From: an uncultured Alphaproteobacteria bacterium
Lineage (GTDB): Bacteria; Pseudomonadota; Alphaproteobacteria; RF32; CAG-239
Assembly: GCA_944391685.1 (NCBI GenBank)
Contig: CALXUM010000009.1
Location: 10,034-74,033, forward strand
Length of the DNA: 64,000 nt
Direction: 5' to 3'
Under the pieces are notes generated by a model. The model saw only the letters and a list, made by a program, of their open reading frames with translations. It did no database searches and was not told the DNA's origin. Below are positions 44,926-55,535 of this stretch, piece after piece. Numbering within the stretch: position 1 is the first letter of the stretch; every line of letters begins with the position of its first letter. The position numbers and the translations under genes are program-made.

Positions 44926-47220
44926 ATGACGGTAAAGCTAAATGTTGATAACAATATTTCTCCGCAAAAAATTATCGGAGGGATGTTATGGGTGTGTTTG
45001 TTATCTTTTATTTGTTTTATTATAATATCTATATTATCTTTTGCTTTAATTTATGTTGTTGATAACGGTATTAATGATGAAAGTTTGGATGTTTTAGCTC
45101 ATTCTGCGCAGAAATTAATTTTTGAACCGTCATATTTTTTTGAAATATATGAAAATTGGTGGAATGATTTTTTAGCTTCTATAGGTAATTGGCAATTTAA
45201 AATATTATTGTCCTTGCCTTTTAGTGCTTTGTTCTTATCGGTTTTTTTGTTAAGTGTCTTATGGTTAAAAAACTCATATTTTTTTAGTCTTTGGTATATA
45301 TTTAATCATCATTTTGCCAAGATTTCTGATGTAAAAAAAATGGGAATTTTAGATGGAATTCAAATGGTTTTAGGACGTTTTCAAGGAAAGCTTTTGGGGT
45401 TAAAACATAGTGCATCGGTATTGTGTTTTGGAGAAGTTGGCTGCGGTAAAACTTCAACAGTGGCAATTCCTTCAATACTGCGTTCAGATACTTTAAGTGT
45501 TTTGGCGGTTGATAATAGCGGTGCTTTAGCAAGGCATACAAGTGGATATAGAGCAAAACTTGGGAAAGTTTTTTATTTTAATTGGGATTTGAAAGATGAT
45601 ATTGAAAAAGGGATATTTTATCCAAGGTGGAATCCTTTATCTGAAGGGAACTTGCCAATTAAAGGATTAAAAAGGGATGAATATTTAGGTTTTGTTACAT
45701 CATATTTGGTAGCAAATGAAAAGAAAACTGATAAAAGTAATTATTGGGAGATGTTGGCGTATTATACTATATATTCAATGTTGCATTTTATGGTATGTAA
45801 AATAGAGCAGGCAGAAGCAAATGATTATTTTTTGAATAAAATTTTGGAAAACGGTACTTTGAATAAGTATGATAGAGATGTTTTGTTAAGTTATTATGTT
45901 TTAATGCCTAAAAATTATGCTGAAAAAGCAATAAGATCCATAAAAAAGGATAAGTTAAGTGCTGAAGATTTTTATCCTGTAGGCAGTTGGGCGGGAATTC
46001 CATCTTTATGGCAAGGAAAAAATTTGTGTATTGCCATGATTGTTGATTGGTTTGTTAAAAATTATTTAGGTTCTCGTGATAACGGAGAGTTTGGAGATTG
46101 GTTAAATTGGCTACAATCTTTAAAAACAGAAGCGGGATTATTTAATTATCATAGTGCAGCGGTAGAGGGATTAGATAAACTTTTGGGGCTTTCTAAACAG
46201 CAAAGAGAAATTATATTTGCTTTTATTTTGAGACCATTTAAAATTTTTTTGAACCAATCAGTAAGAGAGCGTACAAGCGGTAATGATTTTTGTTTATGGC
46301 AATTACGTGGAATAAAAAATTTGGAAACAAAAAAATATGAACCTGTAACCATATATTCAACGGCAAATACCAAAAGTTCTAAGTTCGTTGGTCGAATGTT
46401 TGTGGAGATGTTACTGAAATATAATTTAGAGCAACATAAAAATAAAGGAGCATTGCCTATTTTAACGGTGATTGATGATGTCGGGCAAATGCTTAAAATT
46501 AGAGATTTGGTCGAGTGTGTGGCAAAAGGACCAAATATGAAAATGTCTTTTTTAATGTTGTGTAATAGTTTGCACAATGTGGAGAGTACTTACAGCAAAG
46601 AAGCTTTGGAAGATTTGGTGGTTAATACAAATTATAAAATTGTGATGGCTGAAGATACAATAAAACTTAGTAGACAATTAAATAAATTGGCTGTTTTTGC
46701 CAGCAAATCTGTTCAAATTCCGGTGGATGGCGTAAAGCATAAATTTAAACATAAAATTTTTGCCGATTCAAATTATTATCATTATCTGGCTAAGGAACTA
46801 AGGGCTAGAAAAAATTTGAAAATAATTACTAAAGGATATCAAATTTTATTAGTTGAGGGGTTTTATCATCGTCCGGTTTTAACAAAGCATGTACACTTTT
46901 TGAAAGATGAAAAATTTAGACCAAAGGCAGTAATTCCATCGTATTATTTTTTATCTTCTGAGATGGTAAGTGAACGGAATGTTTATGATCTGTATATACC
47001 AACAATTACGGAAGTTTTAGGTGATATGGGGGGAAAAATAGATGATGAAATAGAACTTAATCAATATATGGATATGGTTTATGATGAAATGAAAAATATT
47101 GCACCGGTAACAAAACCGATGGATGATTATAATAATGCAGGAGCGGATTGGTGGTTGCAAGAGGGTGCTTTTGAGGCAGAAAAAAGCTTGCAAAGCAGGA
47201 ATCCGTTTGAAAAAAAATAA
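44926..47220 (+). CDS. VirD4/TraG-like type IV coupling protein (divergent)
   Basis: 2 N-terminal TM, GEVGCGKT..AIPSIL, TSGYR..LGKVF, RWNPL, YW, VIDDVGQM. Confidence 0.82.
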   Translation: MTVKLNVDNNISPQKIIGGMLWVCLLSFICFIIISILSFALIYVVDNGINDESLDVLAHSAQKLIFEPSYFFEIYENWWNDFLASIGNWQFKILLSLPFSALFLSVFLLSVLWLKNSYFFSLWYIFNHHFAKISDVKKMGILDGIQMVLGRFQGKLLGLKHSASVLCFGEVGCGKTSTVAIPSILRSDTLSVLAVDNSGALARHTSGYRAKLGKVFYFNWDLKDDIEKGIFYPRWNPLSEGNLPIKGLKRDEYLGFVTSYLVANEKKTDKSNYWEMLAYYTIYSMLHFMVCKIEQAEANDYFLNKILENGTLNKYDRDVLLSYYVLMPKNYAEKAIRSIKKDKLSAEDFYPVGSWAGIPSLWQGKNLCIAMIVDWFVKNYLGSRDNGEFGDWLNWLQSLKTEAGLFNYHSAAVEGLDKLLGLSKQQREIIFAFILRPFKIFLNQSVRERTSGNDFCLWQLRGIKNLETKKYEPVTIYSTANTKSSKFVGRMFVEMLLKYNLEQHKNKGALPILTVIDDVGQMLKIRDLVECVAKGPNMKMSFLMLCNSLHNVESTYSKEALEDLVVNTNYKIVMAEDTIKLSRQLNKLAVFASKSVQIPVDGVKHKFKHKIFADSNYYHYLAKELRARKNLKIITKGYQILLVEGFYHRPVLTKHVHFLKDEKFRPKAVIPSYYFLSSEMVSERNVYDLYIPTITEVLGDMGGKIDDEIELNQYMDMVYDEMKNIAPVTKPMDDYNNAGADWWLQEGAFEAEKSLQSRNPFEKK

Positions 47221-47280
47221 CTGTAAATTTCCAATAAAATCTGGTATCTTAAAGTAAAATTATAGCGAATCGACAATAAT

Positions 47281-48600
47281 ATGGAAGAAACTTTATTTTC
47301 AACACAGGTTAAGAGGCCTTTGGCCGACAGATTACGTCCTAAAAGTCTTGATGAGGTAGTAGGACAGGATCATGTTGTGAGTGAAAATGCTCCGTTAGGA
47401 AGAATGGTTAGATCGGGGAAGATTTCTTCATTTATTTTGTGGGGACCTCCAGGATGCGGAAAAACTACGATTGCCAGATTGATTGCTGAAAATACTAAGC
47501 TCTATTTTGAACAAATATCAGCTGTTTTTTCCGGTGTGGCGGATTTAAAACGGGTTTTTTCTTATGCTCAGGAACGCAGAGCGAGTCAAGGGCAAGGAAC
47601 ATTGTTATTTGTTGATGAAATTCATCGTTTTAATAAATCACAGCAAGATGGTTTTTTGCCATATGTAGAAGATGGCACGATAATTCTTGTCGGTGCAACT
47701 ACGGAAAATCCTTCATTTGAATTAAATGCGGCTTTGTTGTCAAGATGTCAAGTGTTTATGCTGAATCGTTTGAGCGAAGAAAATTTTGAAGAACTTTTGC
47801 AAAGAGCTGAAAGAGAAATCGGTAAAAATTTGCCAGTTGATGATGAAGCACGTACTTTTATGAAAGAAGTGGCTGACGGAGACGGAAGATATATTTTGAA
47901 TCTGGCAGAGAGTGTTTGGAATTATGCCCAAAACGGTGAAATTTTTGATAAAGAAAGTATTATGAAAATTATTCGTTCGCGAGCTCCTATATATGATAAG
48001 GGGCGCGACGGACATTATAATTTGATTTCGGCCGTGCATAAATCTTTGCGAGGGTCAGACGTGGATGCTGCTTTATACTGGGTAGCGAGAATGTTGGAAT
48101 CGGGAGAAGATCCGAAGTATTTATTAAGAAGAATGACGCGTTTTGCAATAGAAGATGTTTCTTTGGCTGATCCTAACGCGATTACGCAAGCAATAGCTTG
48201 TTGGGAGACTTATGATCGCTTGGGCTCGCCGGAAGGAGATTTGGCAATTATGCAGTTGGCGGCATATTTGGCAACAGCACCAAAGTCGGTCGGGGTATAT
48301 AAGGCAATGTATGCGGCAAGGGATTTGGCCAGAAAAACAGGATCATTAATGCCGCCTAAGAATATTTTGAATGCACCTACAAAATTGATGAAACAGCTTG
48401 GATATGGTGAAGATTATGAATATGATCCAGATTGTGAAGATGGTTTTTCAGGAGCAAATTATTTTCCGGACGGAATGAAAAGGGTTAAGCTTTATTATCC
48501 GGTTGACAGGGGTTTTGAGCGAGAGGTGAAAAAAAGGGTGGAATATTTTGACCGCCTGAGAGCTGAAAAACAAGCCATGAAAAAGAAAAAGGAAGAGTGA
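47281..48600 (+). CDS. rarA: Replication-associated recombination protein A
   Basis: PLADRLRP, WGPPGCGKTT, DEIHRFNKSQQD, ISAVHKSLRGSD. Confidence 0.97.
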   Translation: MEETLFSTQVKRPLADRLRPKSLDEVVGQDHVVSENAPLGRMVRSGKISSFILWGPPGCGKTTIARLIAENTKLYFEQISAVFSGVADLKRVFSYAQERRASQGQGTLLFVDEIHRFNKSQQDGFLPYVEDGTIILVGATTENPSFELNAALLSRCQVFMLNRLSEENFEELLQRAEREIGKNLPVDDEARTFMKEVADGDGRYILNLAESVWNYAQNGEIFDKESIMKIIRSRAPIYDKGRDGHYNLISAVHKSLRGSDVDAALYWVARMLESGEDPKYLLRRMTRFAIEDVSLADPNAITQAIACWETYDRLGSPEGDLAIMQLAAYLATAPKSVGVYKAMYAARDLARKTGSLMPPKNILNAPTKLMKQLGYGEDYEYDPDCEDGFSGANYFPDGMKRVKLYYPVDRGFEREVKKRVEYFDRLRAEKQAMKKKKEE

Positions 48601-48603
48601 TAG

Positions 48604-49443
48604 ATGAAGAATGATAACCTAAAACCTTTATTTATTTTTGTTATAGGAAATCGTGGAGCCGGTAAATCTTTTTTAGCAAAAAAAATACAAAAAAATAGCA
48701 ATAAAGAAATGATATTAATTTGTGCAGATGAAATTCATAGTAAAATATTGGGATATGATAGATGTTCTTGTCAGGGTTTAGAAAAGGGAACGGTTTATTT
48801 TCCTAAAGATTTTCAGGCGGAAGGGACAAAAAAAGTTAATGAGTTGTTATTAAAAAATATAAAAGAAAGAAAAAATATTATTTTAGATGCGTCTTTTTCT
48901 AAAAATCATAAAAAATTTATTAAGCAAATTAAAGATTTTGGGTATGATGTTGAAGTTCAAGGGATTGTTGTTAATAAATATGTTGCAGCTTATAATGTAG
49001 AGAAAAGGATTGTTGATTTTTTTGATGAGTGTGAAAATGTAAAATTAGGTTTAAAAAAAGAACCTGAAAATTTTAATGCAGTAGATGTAGGATATAAAAA
49101 AGTTTTAGAACAAAATGATAAGATTGCCGATATAATAGAGGAAATTGAGAAATGGGGAGTGAAATTGTTTTTGTTTGTATATAAAAAGGAAAACCCGGAA
49201 TATGTTAGTGAAAATGGTAAATGTATTATTGGAAAAAGCAAAAATGGAGTAGATTTTTATTATGATAATCAAGAAACAGATTATTCTATTTTATATTCTA
49301 AAATACTAAAATTAGAAAAAAGAAGTAAAAAATACAATAGGGATATTTTAGGATTAAAGAAAGAAACTTCGATTTTGGCGGCTGAACAAAGAAAAATTTC
49401 TTTTAAAAAAGTATATAAAAAAGATGGTTGTGGAATTAATTAA
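48604..49443 (+). CDS. P-loop kinase, zeta-toxin/AAA_33-like
   Basis: GNRGAGKS Walker A, ICADEI, NIILDAS, GYDVE; visibly more AT-rich than its neighbours. Confidence 0.65.
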   Translation: MKNDNLKPLFIFVIGNRGAGKSFLAKKIQKNSNKEMILICADEIHSKILGYDRCSCQGLEKGTVYFPKDFQAEGTKKVNELLLKNIKERKNIILDASFSKNHKKFIKQIKDFGYDVEVQGIVVNKYVAAYNVEKRIVDFFDECENVKLGLKKEPENFNAVDVGYKKVLEQNDKIADIIEEIEKWGVKLFLFVYKKENPEYVSENGKCIIGKSKNGVDFYYDNQETDYSILYSKILKLEKRSKKYNRDILGLKKETSILAAEQRKISFKKVYKKDGCGIN

Positions 49444-50353
49444 AGTTAAAGATATTGATGATGGGATAAGGCTTAACCGTTGGTTTTTAAAGTATTATCC
49501 GGATTTGAGTTTGGGGCATTTACAAAAACTTTTACGAACCAAGCAAATTAAAGTTGATGGAAAAAGAGCAGAAACTTCTTTGAAGTTGGTTGCGGGACAA
49601 GAAATCAGAATTCCTCCACTGAAGGAAGAAAAATCTATAAACTTATCTAAGAATATTATAGCCCAAAAGGATGCTGAATTTATAAAGTCATTAGTGATTT
49701 ATAAGGATCAGAACATTATTGTGCTAAATAAACCATCTGGAATTGCCGTACAAGGAGGAACTAATACCAAACGCCATATAGACGGGATGTTGGATGCTTT
49801 AAAATTTGATTTGGAAGAAGCCCCAAAATTAGTACATAGAATAGATAAAGAAACCAGCGGGGTTTTAGTTTTGGCAAGAACGAGAAAAAATGCAGAGCTG
49901 TTGACAAAAGCTTTTAGAGAAAGAGATTTGCATAAAATTTATTTGGCTCTGGTGAGAGGTAATCCACCTAAAGATGAAGGAGAGATTAAACTTTCGTTGG
50001 AAAAAATTGGGGAAAAGTCAATCGTGAGTGATGAGGGTAAAAAAGCAATTACCCATTATAGAGTATTGGAAAAAGTCGGGGATAAGTTTGCTTTGGTTGA
50101 GGCAAGTCCTTTAAGCGGAAGGACGCATCAAATAAGAGCTCATTTGGAAGCAATAGGTTGTCCGATTGTTGGCGATGATAAATATTTTGGTAAAAGTAGG
50201 GCACATTTTACTCAATTGAAAGATAAACTTTATTTGCATGCATACAAAATAGATTTATCGGAAATATATAATAAGATAAAAGAAATAAAAGCTCCATTGC
50301 CGGAGCATTTTAGGCAAGCGTTTGATTGTTTGGGAATTGAGTTTAAGGAGTAA
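49424..50353 (+). CDS. rluC: RluA-family pseudouridine synthase (RluC-like)
   Basis: S4 domain, NKPSG, VHRIDKETSG, GRTHQIR. Confidence 0.88.
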   Translation: MVVELIKVKDIDDGIRLNRWFLKYYPDLSLGHLQKLLRTKQIKVDGKRAETSLKLVAGQEIRIPPLKEEKSINLSKNIIAQKDAEFIKSLVIYKDQNIIVLNKPSGIAVQGGTNTKRHIDGMLDALKFDLEEAPKLVHRIDKETSGVLVLARTRKNAELLTKAFRERDLHKIYLALVRGNPPKDEGEIKLSLEKIGEKSIVSDEGKKAITHYRVLEKVGDKFALVEASPLSGRTHQIRAHLEAIGCPIVGDDKYFGKSRAHFTQLKDKLYLHAYKIDLSEIYNKIKEIKAPLPEHFRQAFDCLGIEFKE

Positions 50354-50356
50354 TAA

Positions 50357-52459
50357 ATGAGAGTTGTAAAAGTTTTGGCATCGGTTGTCTTCAGTATAAT
50401 TATAATTATTGCAATCGTGGGCTATTTTGCCGTTCGTAATTTTGATCTGAATCAATATAAAGCTTATGCGGCAGATATAGTAGAAAAACAAATCGGCCGA
50501 AAGTTGGTTATTAACGGAGATGCAAGTTTAGGTATTTCTTTGGTGCCAACAATTATTATTAATGATGTCGAACTCTCAAATCCCGAATGGGCGGTTAATC
50601 CGCAAATGGTTGAGTTAAGCCAGATAGAGGTCAAATTTGCAATTTTACCGTTGTTTAAAAAACAGGTGGTGATTGATAAAATTGCTTTGATAGGGCCCAA
50701 AGTTTATCTTGAAAAAAATGCAAATGGTGATGCCAGTTGGGAATTTAAAACCGCATTAGTATCACCTACTATGGCACAAAAAGCGTCAACTAAATCAGTA
50801 GCCGAAGCTAATCCGGCAGCGGTTTTATTGGCGGGATTTGTGGCTAAAAACGTATCAATTGAAAACGGGTTGGTAGAGTATTATGATGCTAAAACAGATA
50901 AAAAAACAAGTGCCAATATTAACAGCTTTTCAATGCAAATTCCCAGCCTTGATGATAAAATTAACTTATCTTTTGATGTTAATGTGAATGGTCAAGCTGT
51001 TAAAGGTGAGGCAAATGTAGGCTCAATTAATTCGTTTTTACAGGGTAAAGAGCCGTATCCGTTTGTATTAACGGCTGAGGCTTTAGGAATTGATTTGGAG
51101 GCAAACGGTTCGGTAGCTGATGTTATGACATCTCCCAGTTATGCTGCAGCAATAAATTTATATAATCCGGCCGGAAACATGAATGCTCCGGAAACTACTC
51201 TTAAAACCAGAATCGACGGTGATATAAATGAGTTGACGGCACATATTGAAACTTTGAATATTGTTAATAATGTAATTACGGGAAGTGCCAAAATTAATTG
51301 GAGTGGAAAACTACCAGATATTGTTGCCGATTTGCAAAGTGCAAAGATTAATTTGCTAAATTTTAGCCAGAACAGTAATTTTGCTTTTGTTTTACCAACT
51401 ATAATCAGTGAAGCACAGGCAATAGAGGCGGTTCCTGATGAAAAAATTCCATTTGAGGCTTTGGAATATGTCAACGCTGATGCAAAAGTTAGGATCGGAC
51501 AGTTAATTATAGCTGACGGAATGCAAGCCGATAATGTGTCGATGGCTGCGGTTTTAAATAACGGGGTGCTTAATGTCAGCAAGTTAGATTTTGATTTTGG
51601 CGGCGGAAGTATTAATACAACGTTGTCTGCTAATGCCAAAACGCAAAATGTGGCTTTAACCGCGGTGAGCAAAAATATGTTGTTGCAAAATATTCATAAA
51701 GAATTCCAAATATCGGGAAACAATGACTTTGGTGTTATAAGCGGCGGAAAGTTGGATTTGGATGTTAATGTGTCAGGCAAAGGTGCAACTTGGAGGCAAT
51801 TAGTGCAAAATATGAAAGGAACAACCATTGCAATAGTTGATAAATCTGTTTTGCAAACCGGATCATTACGGTTCTTGACAGGAAATTTTGTAACTCAGCT
51901 TCTGTCTACATTGAATATAGATACTAAAAAATCAAGAGAGCTTGATTTGACTTGTGCAGTGGTAAGAGCTGATATCAGTGGTGGAAAAGCTGTATTTCCG
52001 AATGGTATTGCCATTAGCTCAAAACAATTAACTTTGGTAAGTGACGGAAATGTTAATTTAATAAATGAGGGTATTGATTTTACCATACAGCCGGCGATGA
52101 ATAAATTGGCCGATGCAAATATTACGCAAGCCTTGGCATCTTTTATTAAAATTGTCGGAACCATAAATGATCCAAAAATCAGAATAGATGATAAAGAGGC
52201 TATTAAAACTCTTATCGGAGTAGCTGCAACAGGAGGAGCTACTTATATAGGTTCTCAAATGTTGTTAGATGGGGATGGAAGTCCTTGCTATACGGCTTTG
52301 CAAGGAACATCTTATGCATCTCGTTTTCCCAAACCTACAGGAGTTAAGGCTACGACTCAGGAAGTTTATAAGGATACGACTAAAAGAATAAATAATGATC
52401 TTACGGATTTAAAAAATGCGGCACAAGGTTTTTTGAGAGCATTAAAAAACAGCAAATAA
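50357..52459 (+). CDS. AsmA family protein
   Basis: N-terminal TM, DLNQYK...GR.L.I.G; conserved rluC-asmA-ATP12 order. Confidence 0.88.
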   Translation: MRVVKVLASVVFSIIIIIAIVGYFAVRNFDLNQYKAYAADIVEKQIGRKLVINGDASLGISLVPTIIINDVELSNPEWAVNPQMVELSQIEVKFAILPLFKKQVVIDKIALIGPKVYLEKNANGDASWEFKTALVSPTMAQKASTKSVAEANPAAVLLAGFVAKNVSIENGLVEYYDAKTDKKTSANINSFSMQIPSLDDKINLSFDVNVNGQAVKGEANVGSINSFLQGKEPYPFVLTAEALGIDLEANGSVADVMTSPSYAAAINLYNPAGNMNAPETTLKTRIDGDINELTAHIETLNIVNNVITGSAKINWSGKLPDIVADLQSAKINLLNFSQNSNFAFVLPTIISEAQAIEAVPDEKIPFEALEYVNADAKVRIGQLIIADGMQADNVSMAAVLNNGVLNVSKLDFDFGGGSINTTLSANAKTQNVALTAVSKNMLLQNIHKEFQISGNNDFGVISGGKLDLDVNVSGKGATWRQLVQNMKGTTIAIVDKSVLQTGSLRFLTGNFVTQLLSTLNIDTKKSRELDLTCAVVRADISGGKAVFPNGIAISSKQLTLVSDGNVNLINEGIDFTIQPAMNKLADANITQALASFIKIVGTINDPKIRIDDKEAIKTLIGVAATGGATYIGSQMLLDGDGSPCYTALQGTSYASRFPKPTGVKATTQEVYKDTTKRINNDLTDLKNAAQGFLRALKNSK

Positions 52460-52480
52460 TATTTGAACGGAGAGGGACTA

Positions 52481-52978
52481 ATGAGTAAAAGACTTGAGAA
52501 AGTAACACTTGAGATTGCCAAATATCGGGAAGATATTATTAAGCGGTTGATGAAGTATATAGAAACCGATGTGTTGTTGTTTTGGGGCGAAGATAAGGAT
52601 TTAATAGCCTGTCAAGAGCAAAAATGGAAACCTTTGCTTGAATGGGCTAAAAAAGAGTTTGGGGCTAATTTTAAAGTTAGTCATGATTTGGAAGTTAAAG
52701 AAGAAAATCAAAAAAGCGGATATCGTTTGAGAAACTTTTTGGAGCATTTATCAGACAAGGAATTAGCAGCATTTTATTTGGCGGCTTTGAATATGCGTTC
52801 GGTATTGATGGCAGCAGCTTTAGTAAAAGGGAAAATAACAGCCAAGCAAGCATATGAGGCTGCTTATTTGGAGGAGTTGTGGCAGGCTGAAAAATGGGGT
52901 GTTGATGATGAAGCGGAGAAAAAACGCCAAGAACGTTACAAAGAACTAAAGGAAGTTGAAGATTTTTTGAAAAAATGA
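52481..52978 (+). CDS. ATP12 family chaperone (short form)
   Basis: Y.ETDVLLF, Q.QKW.PLL.W, LEELWQAEKWG.D.EA. Confidence 0.85.
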   Translation: MSKRLEKVTLEIAKYREDIIKRLMKYIETDVLLFWGEDKDLIACQEQKWKPLLEWAKKEFGANFKVSHDLEVKEENQKSGYRLRNFLEHLSDKELAAFYLAALNMRSVLMAAALVKGKITAKQAYEAAYLEELWQAEKWGVDDEAEKKRQERYKELKEVEDFLKK

Positions 52979-53265
52979 AAAAAGAAGTTTTGATAAAGAT
53001 TAAAGGTCGAGTTCAGGGAATCGGTTTTAGATACTGGGCAATAAAAAAAGCAAATGAGATAGGAGATATTTCCGGTTGGGTGCATAATGAGGCTGACGGA
53101 AGTGTTGAAATTATGATGCGAGGGGAAGAAGATAATATTGATAAGATGATTTTGGCTTGTCAAAAAGGTCCGATGTTGGCCCGGGTTGATAGTGTGGAAT
53201 TTGTGGTCGGACGTATAAGCAGTTTTTTGCCGGAAATTGAAGAGGGAGTTTTTAAGAGGGTTTAA
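52975..53265 (+). CDS. acyP: Acylphosphatase
   Basis: GRVQGIGFR, GWVHN..DGSVE, GP..ARV. Confidence 0.93.
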   Translation: MKKEVLIKIKGRVQGIGFRYWAIKKANEIGDISGWVHNEADGSVEIMMRGEEDNIDKMILACQKGPMLARVDSVEFVVGRISSFLPEIEEGVFKRV

Positions 53266-53285
53266 AAACTCCCTTTTTAGATTTT

Positions 53286-54686
53286 TTAATTTTGAGAACA
53301 AAGCTGTTTAAATTCATCCTTTTTATGCTGAAGCAGCTCTTTATTTTGCGGCTGCAAATCAGCCGGTTTGCGAGCAACCGAGTATTGAGGAAGTTGTTTT
53401 TTTATTTCAGAGACAGGCCTTTCCCACACAGAAGGACGAAGGCGAATTTTTTTGCCTTGTCCGGCAGAAACACGAGGGGTTATTTCGCCGGTGTCTGCAT
53501 CTTCAAACTCGGTCAAAGTAAGACGGATGTTTTGCAAGCTTCCGGGAATAAGAAAATCAATAAACTCTCCGCTATTGATATAATTACGGATTTCAAAGAT
53601 GGCATCATCACCTTGCCACTCGACAATTGAGCCGGCAAAAAGCCAATCACCCAAGGTGCGGGTATATTCGTAGTTTTGGCTGATGTTGGTAAGTTTGCCA
53701 TCATGGAAACCAAGACAATAACCACGATTTTGTAATGTGTTTAATTCATCCATATAGTCTTGCCAGTTCCAACTCCCGGGATTTTTATACCAGTCATCAA
53801 TAGCTTTACGATATGCTCTGGCAACAATGGCTGCATAGTATTCAGTTTTGTTACGTCCTTCGACTTTGAGAGAATCAATGCCGATTTTTAGTAAATCATC
53901 AAGTCTGGGAAGCAGGCACATATCCTTAGAATTTAGAATATAACCACCATTTTCGTCTTCTACGATTTCAAAATATTCACCGGGGCGAAACTCTTCTTCC
54001 AGTAAAAATTCAAAGGCATTTTTGTTTTGATCATTGATTTCGATTTCTTTAATATTACCATCTTTAAGACGAAGGTGCAATTTGTAATGCCAACGGCAAC
54101 AATGAGCACATTTGCCTTGGTTGGCACTGCGGTCAGCAAGATAATTTGAAATAAGGCAACGACCGGAATATGACATGCACATAGCTCCATGCATGAAAGT
54201 TTCAAGCAAAATATCAGGGCATTTTTGACGAATTTCACAGGCTTCTTCAAAAGTAACTTCTCGTCCCAAAACGCACAATTTTGCTCCTTGAGCCTGCCAA
54301 AATTTGACAGCTTGCCAAGAGCAAATATTAGCTTGAGTGGAAACAAAAAGATTAAGTTCGGGAGCATGCTCTTTAACGAATTGAAAAACTCCGGGATCAG
54401 CAATTAAAACACCGTCAGGTTTCAGTTGTTGCAGGGTTTCAACAAAGGTTGGCAGTTTTTCAACATCACGATTATGCATGAAAAGATTTAGGGTTAGATA
54501 AATTTTTTTGCCATGTTCATGAACGAATTTGATGCCTTCTTCAAGCTCAGGTAATGAAAATTTTGATTGAGCTCTTAAGCACATGTCGGGGGTTCCGGCA
54601 TAAACGGCATCAGCTCCGTATAAAATAGCTGTTTTTAATTTTACTAATGAACCAGCTGGTAGTAAAAGTTCAGCACGAGGTAACAT
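53286..54686 (-). CDS. U32 peptidase family tRNA hydroxylation protein (TrhP/YegQ-like)
   Basis: ELLLPAG, GADAVY, HGAMCMSYSGRC, SLKVEGR. Confidence 0.9.
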   Translation of the reverse strand: MLPRAELLLPAGSLVKLKTAILYGADAVYAGTPDMCLRAQSKFSLPELEEGIKFVHEHGKKIYLTLNLFMHNRDVEKLPTFVETLQQLKPDGVLIADPGVFQFVKEHAPELNLFVSTQANICSWQAVKFWQAQGAKLCVLGREVTFEEACEIRQKCPDILLETFMHGAMCMSYSGRCLISNYLADRSANQGKCAHCCRWHYKLHLRLKDGNIKEIEINDQNKNAFEFLLEEEFRPGEYFEIVEDENGGYILNSKDMCLLPRLDDLLKIGIDSLKVEGRNKTEYYAAIVARAYRKAIDDWYKNPGSWNWQDYMDELNTLQNRGYCLGFHDGKLTNISQNYEYTRTLGDWLFAGSIVEWQGDDAIFEIRNYINSGEFIDFLIPGSLQNIRLTLTEFEDADTGEITPRVSAGQGKKIRLRPSVWERPVSEIKKQLPQYSVARKPADLQPQNKELLQHKKDEFKQLCSQN

Positions 54687-54689
54687 ATT

Positions 54690-55466
54690 TTAATCCTTTA
54701 TTTTAACTTCGGTGGTATAAACATCAAGTGGGCCGAGAGGCGTCTTTTCAAGAGATATTCTGGCAATAAAAGGTTTTTGTTTTGCATCTTCCATAAGCCA
54801 AAAATAAACAGGACGATCAGAAGTGACTTTCCATAATAAGTCATCTCCTTTTGAATCCAATTTATCAATATGAAAAGAACATTTGGTCGCTTTGCCGGAT
54901 ATGTTTGAGTATTGATTAGGAATAAGCTCTTCTTGGCCTTCATCACGGAAAATTACATCAAAGCGACGTTTGCCGTCAAAAACACGCATACGAGAATCGC
55001 AAAATTTATAAATGCTGTATTGGCGGGCAAGTTCGGCAAAAACTGTTTGTAAATCTGTAGTATCCTGGTTTTCCGGTTTGTCAACTATAGTAACTTTTTT
55101 TTGATTGTCATTTTTACTACTGATGCGTTGGGTCGGTAAACCTTTTTCATTATAAATCAATTTTTTGGTACGGGTATTAAAACGTGATTTGGAAATGTAA
55201 TGATAATCAGAGGTTATAAAATCCTGTTGGTTGATTTTTCCTGATGTAAAGTAGTTAGCACGAAAAGGATAAAGAGTATCAAAAATACCAAAAGTTTCAG
55301 CTACAGATTCAACCTTATAGGAATCAGGAGAAAGTGTATATGTAAATCCGGTTTTACTAGCTTCGAAAGGTCCTATTGTAACCATAAATTTGTGCTCAAC
55401 GCTATAACTAAAAGCATTGCTTACAAATGATAGGCAGAATAAAGGTAAAAGGTATAAAATTTTCAT
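54690..55466 (-). CDS. DUF3108-like secreted protein
   Basis: Signal peptide; C...VFDGKRRF motif. Confidence 0.7.
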   Translation of the reverse strand: MKILYLLPLFCLSFVSNAFSYSVEHKFMVTIGPFEASKTGFTYTLSPDSYKVESVAETFGIFDTLYPFRANYFTSGKINQQDFITSDYHYISKSRFNTRTKKLIYNEKGLPTQRISSKNDNQKKVTIVDKPENQDTTDLQTVFAELARQYSIYKFCDSRMRVFDGKRRFDVIFRDEGQEELIPNQYSNISGKATKCSFHIDKLDSKGDDLLWKVTSDRPVYFWLMEDAKQKPFIARISLEKTPLGPLDVYTTEVKIKD

Positions 55467-55535
55467 GTTGTTTATTCTTTCTTTAAACTTTTGCCATACA
55501 ATAGCATAAAAAATTATAATTTAAAGGGTTTAATC

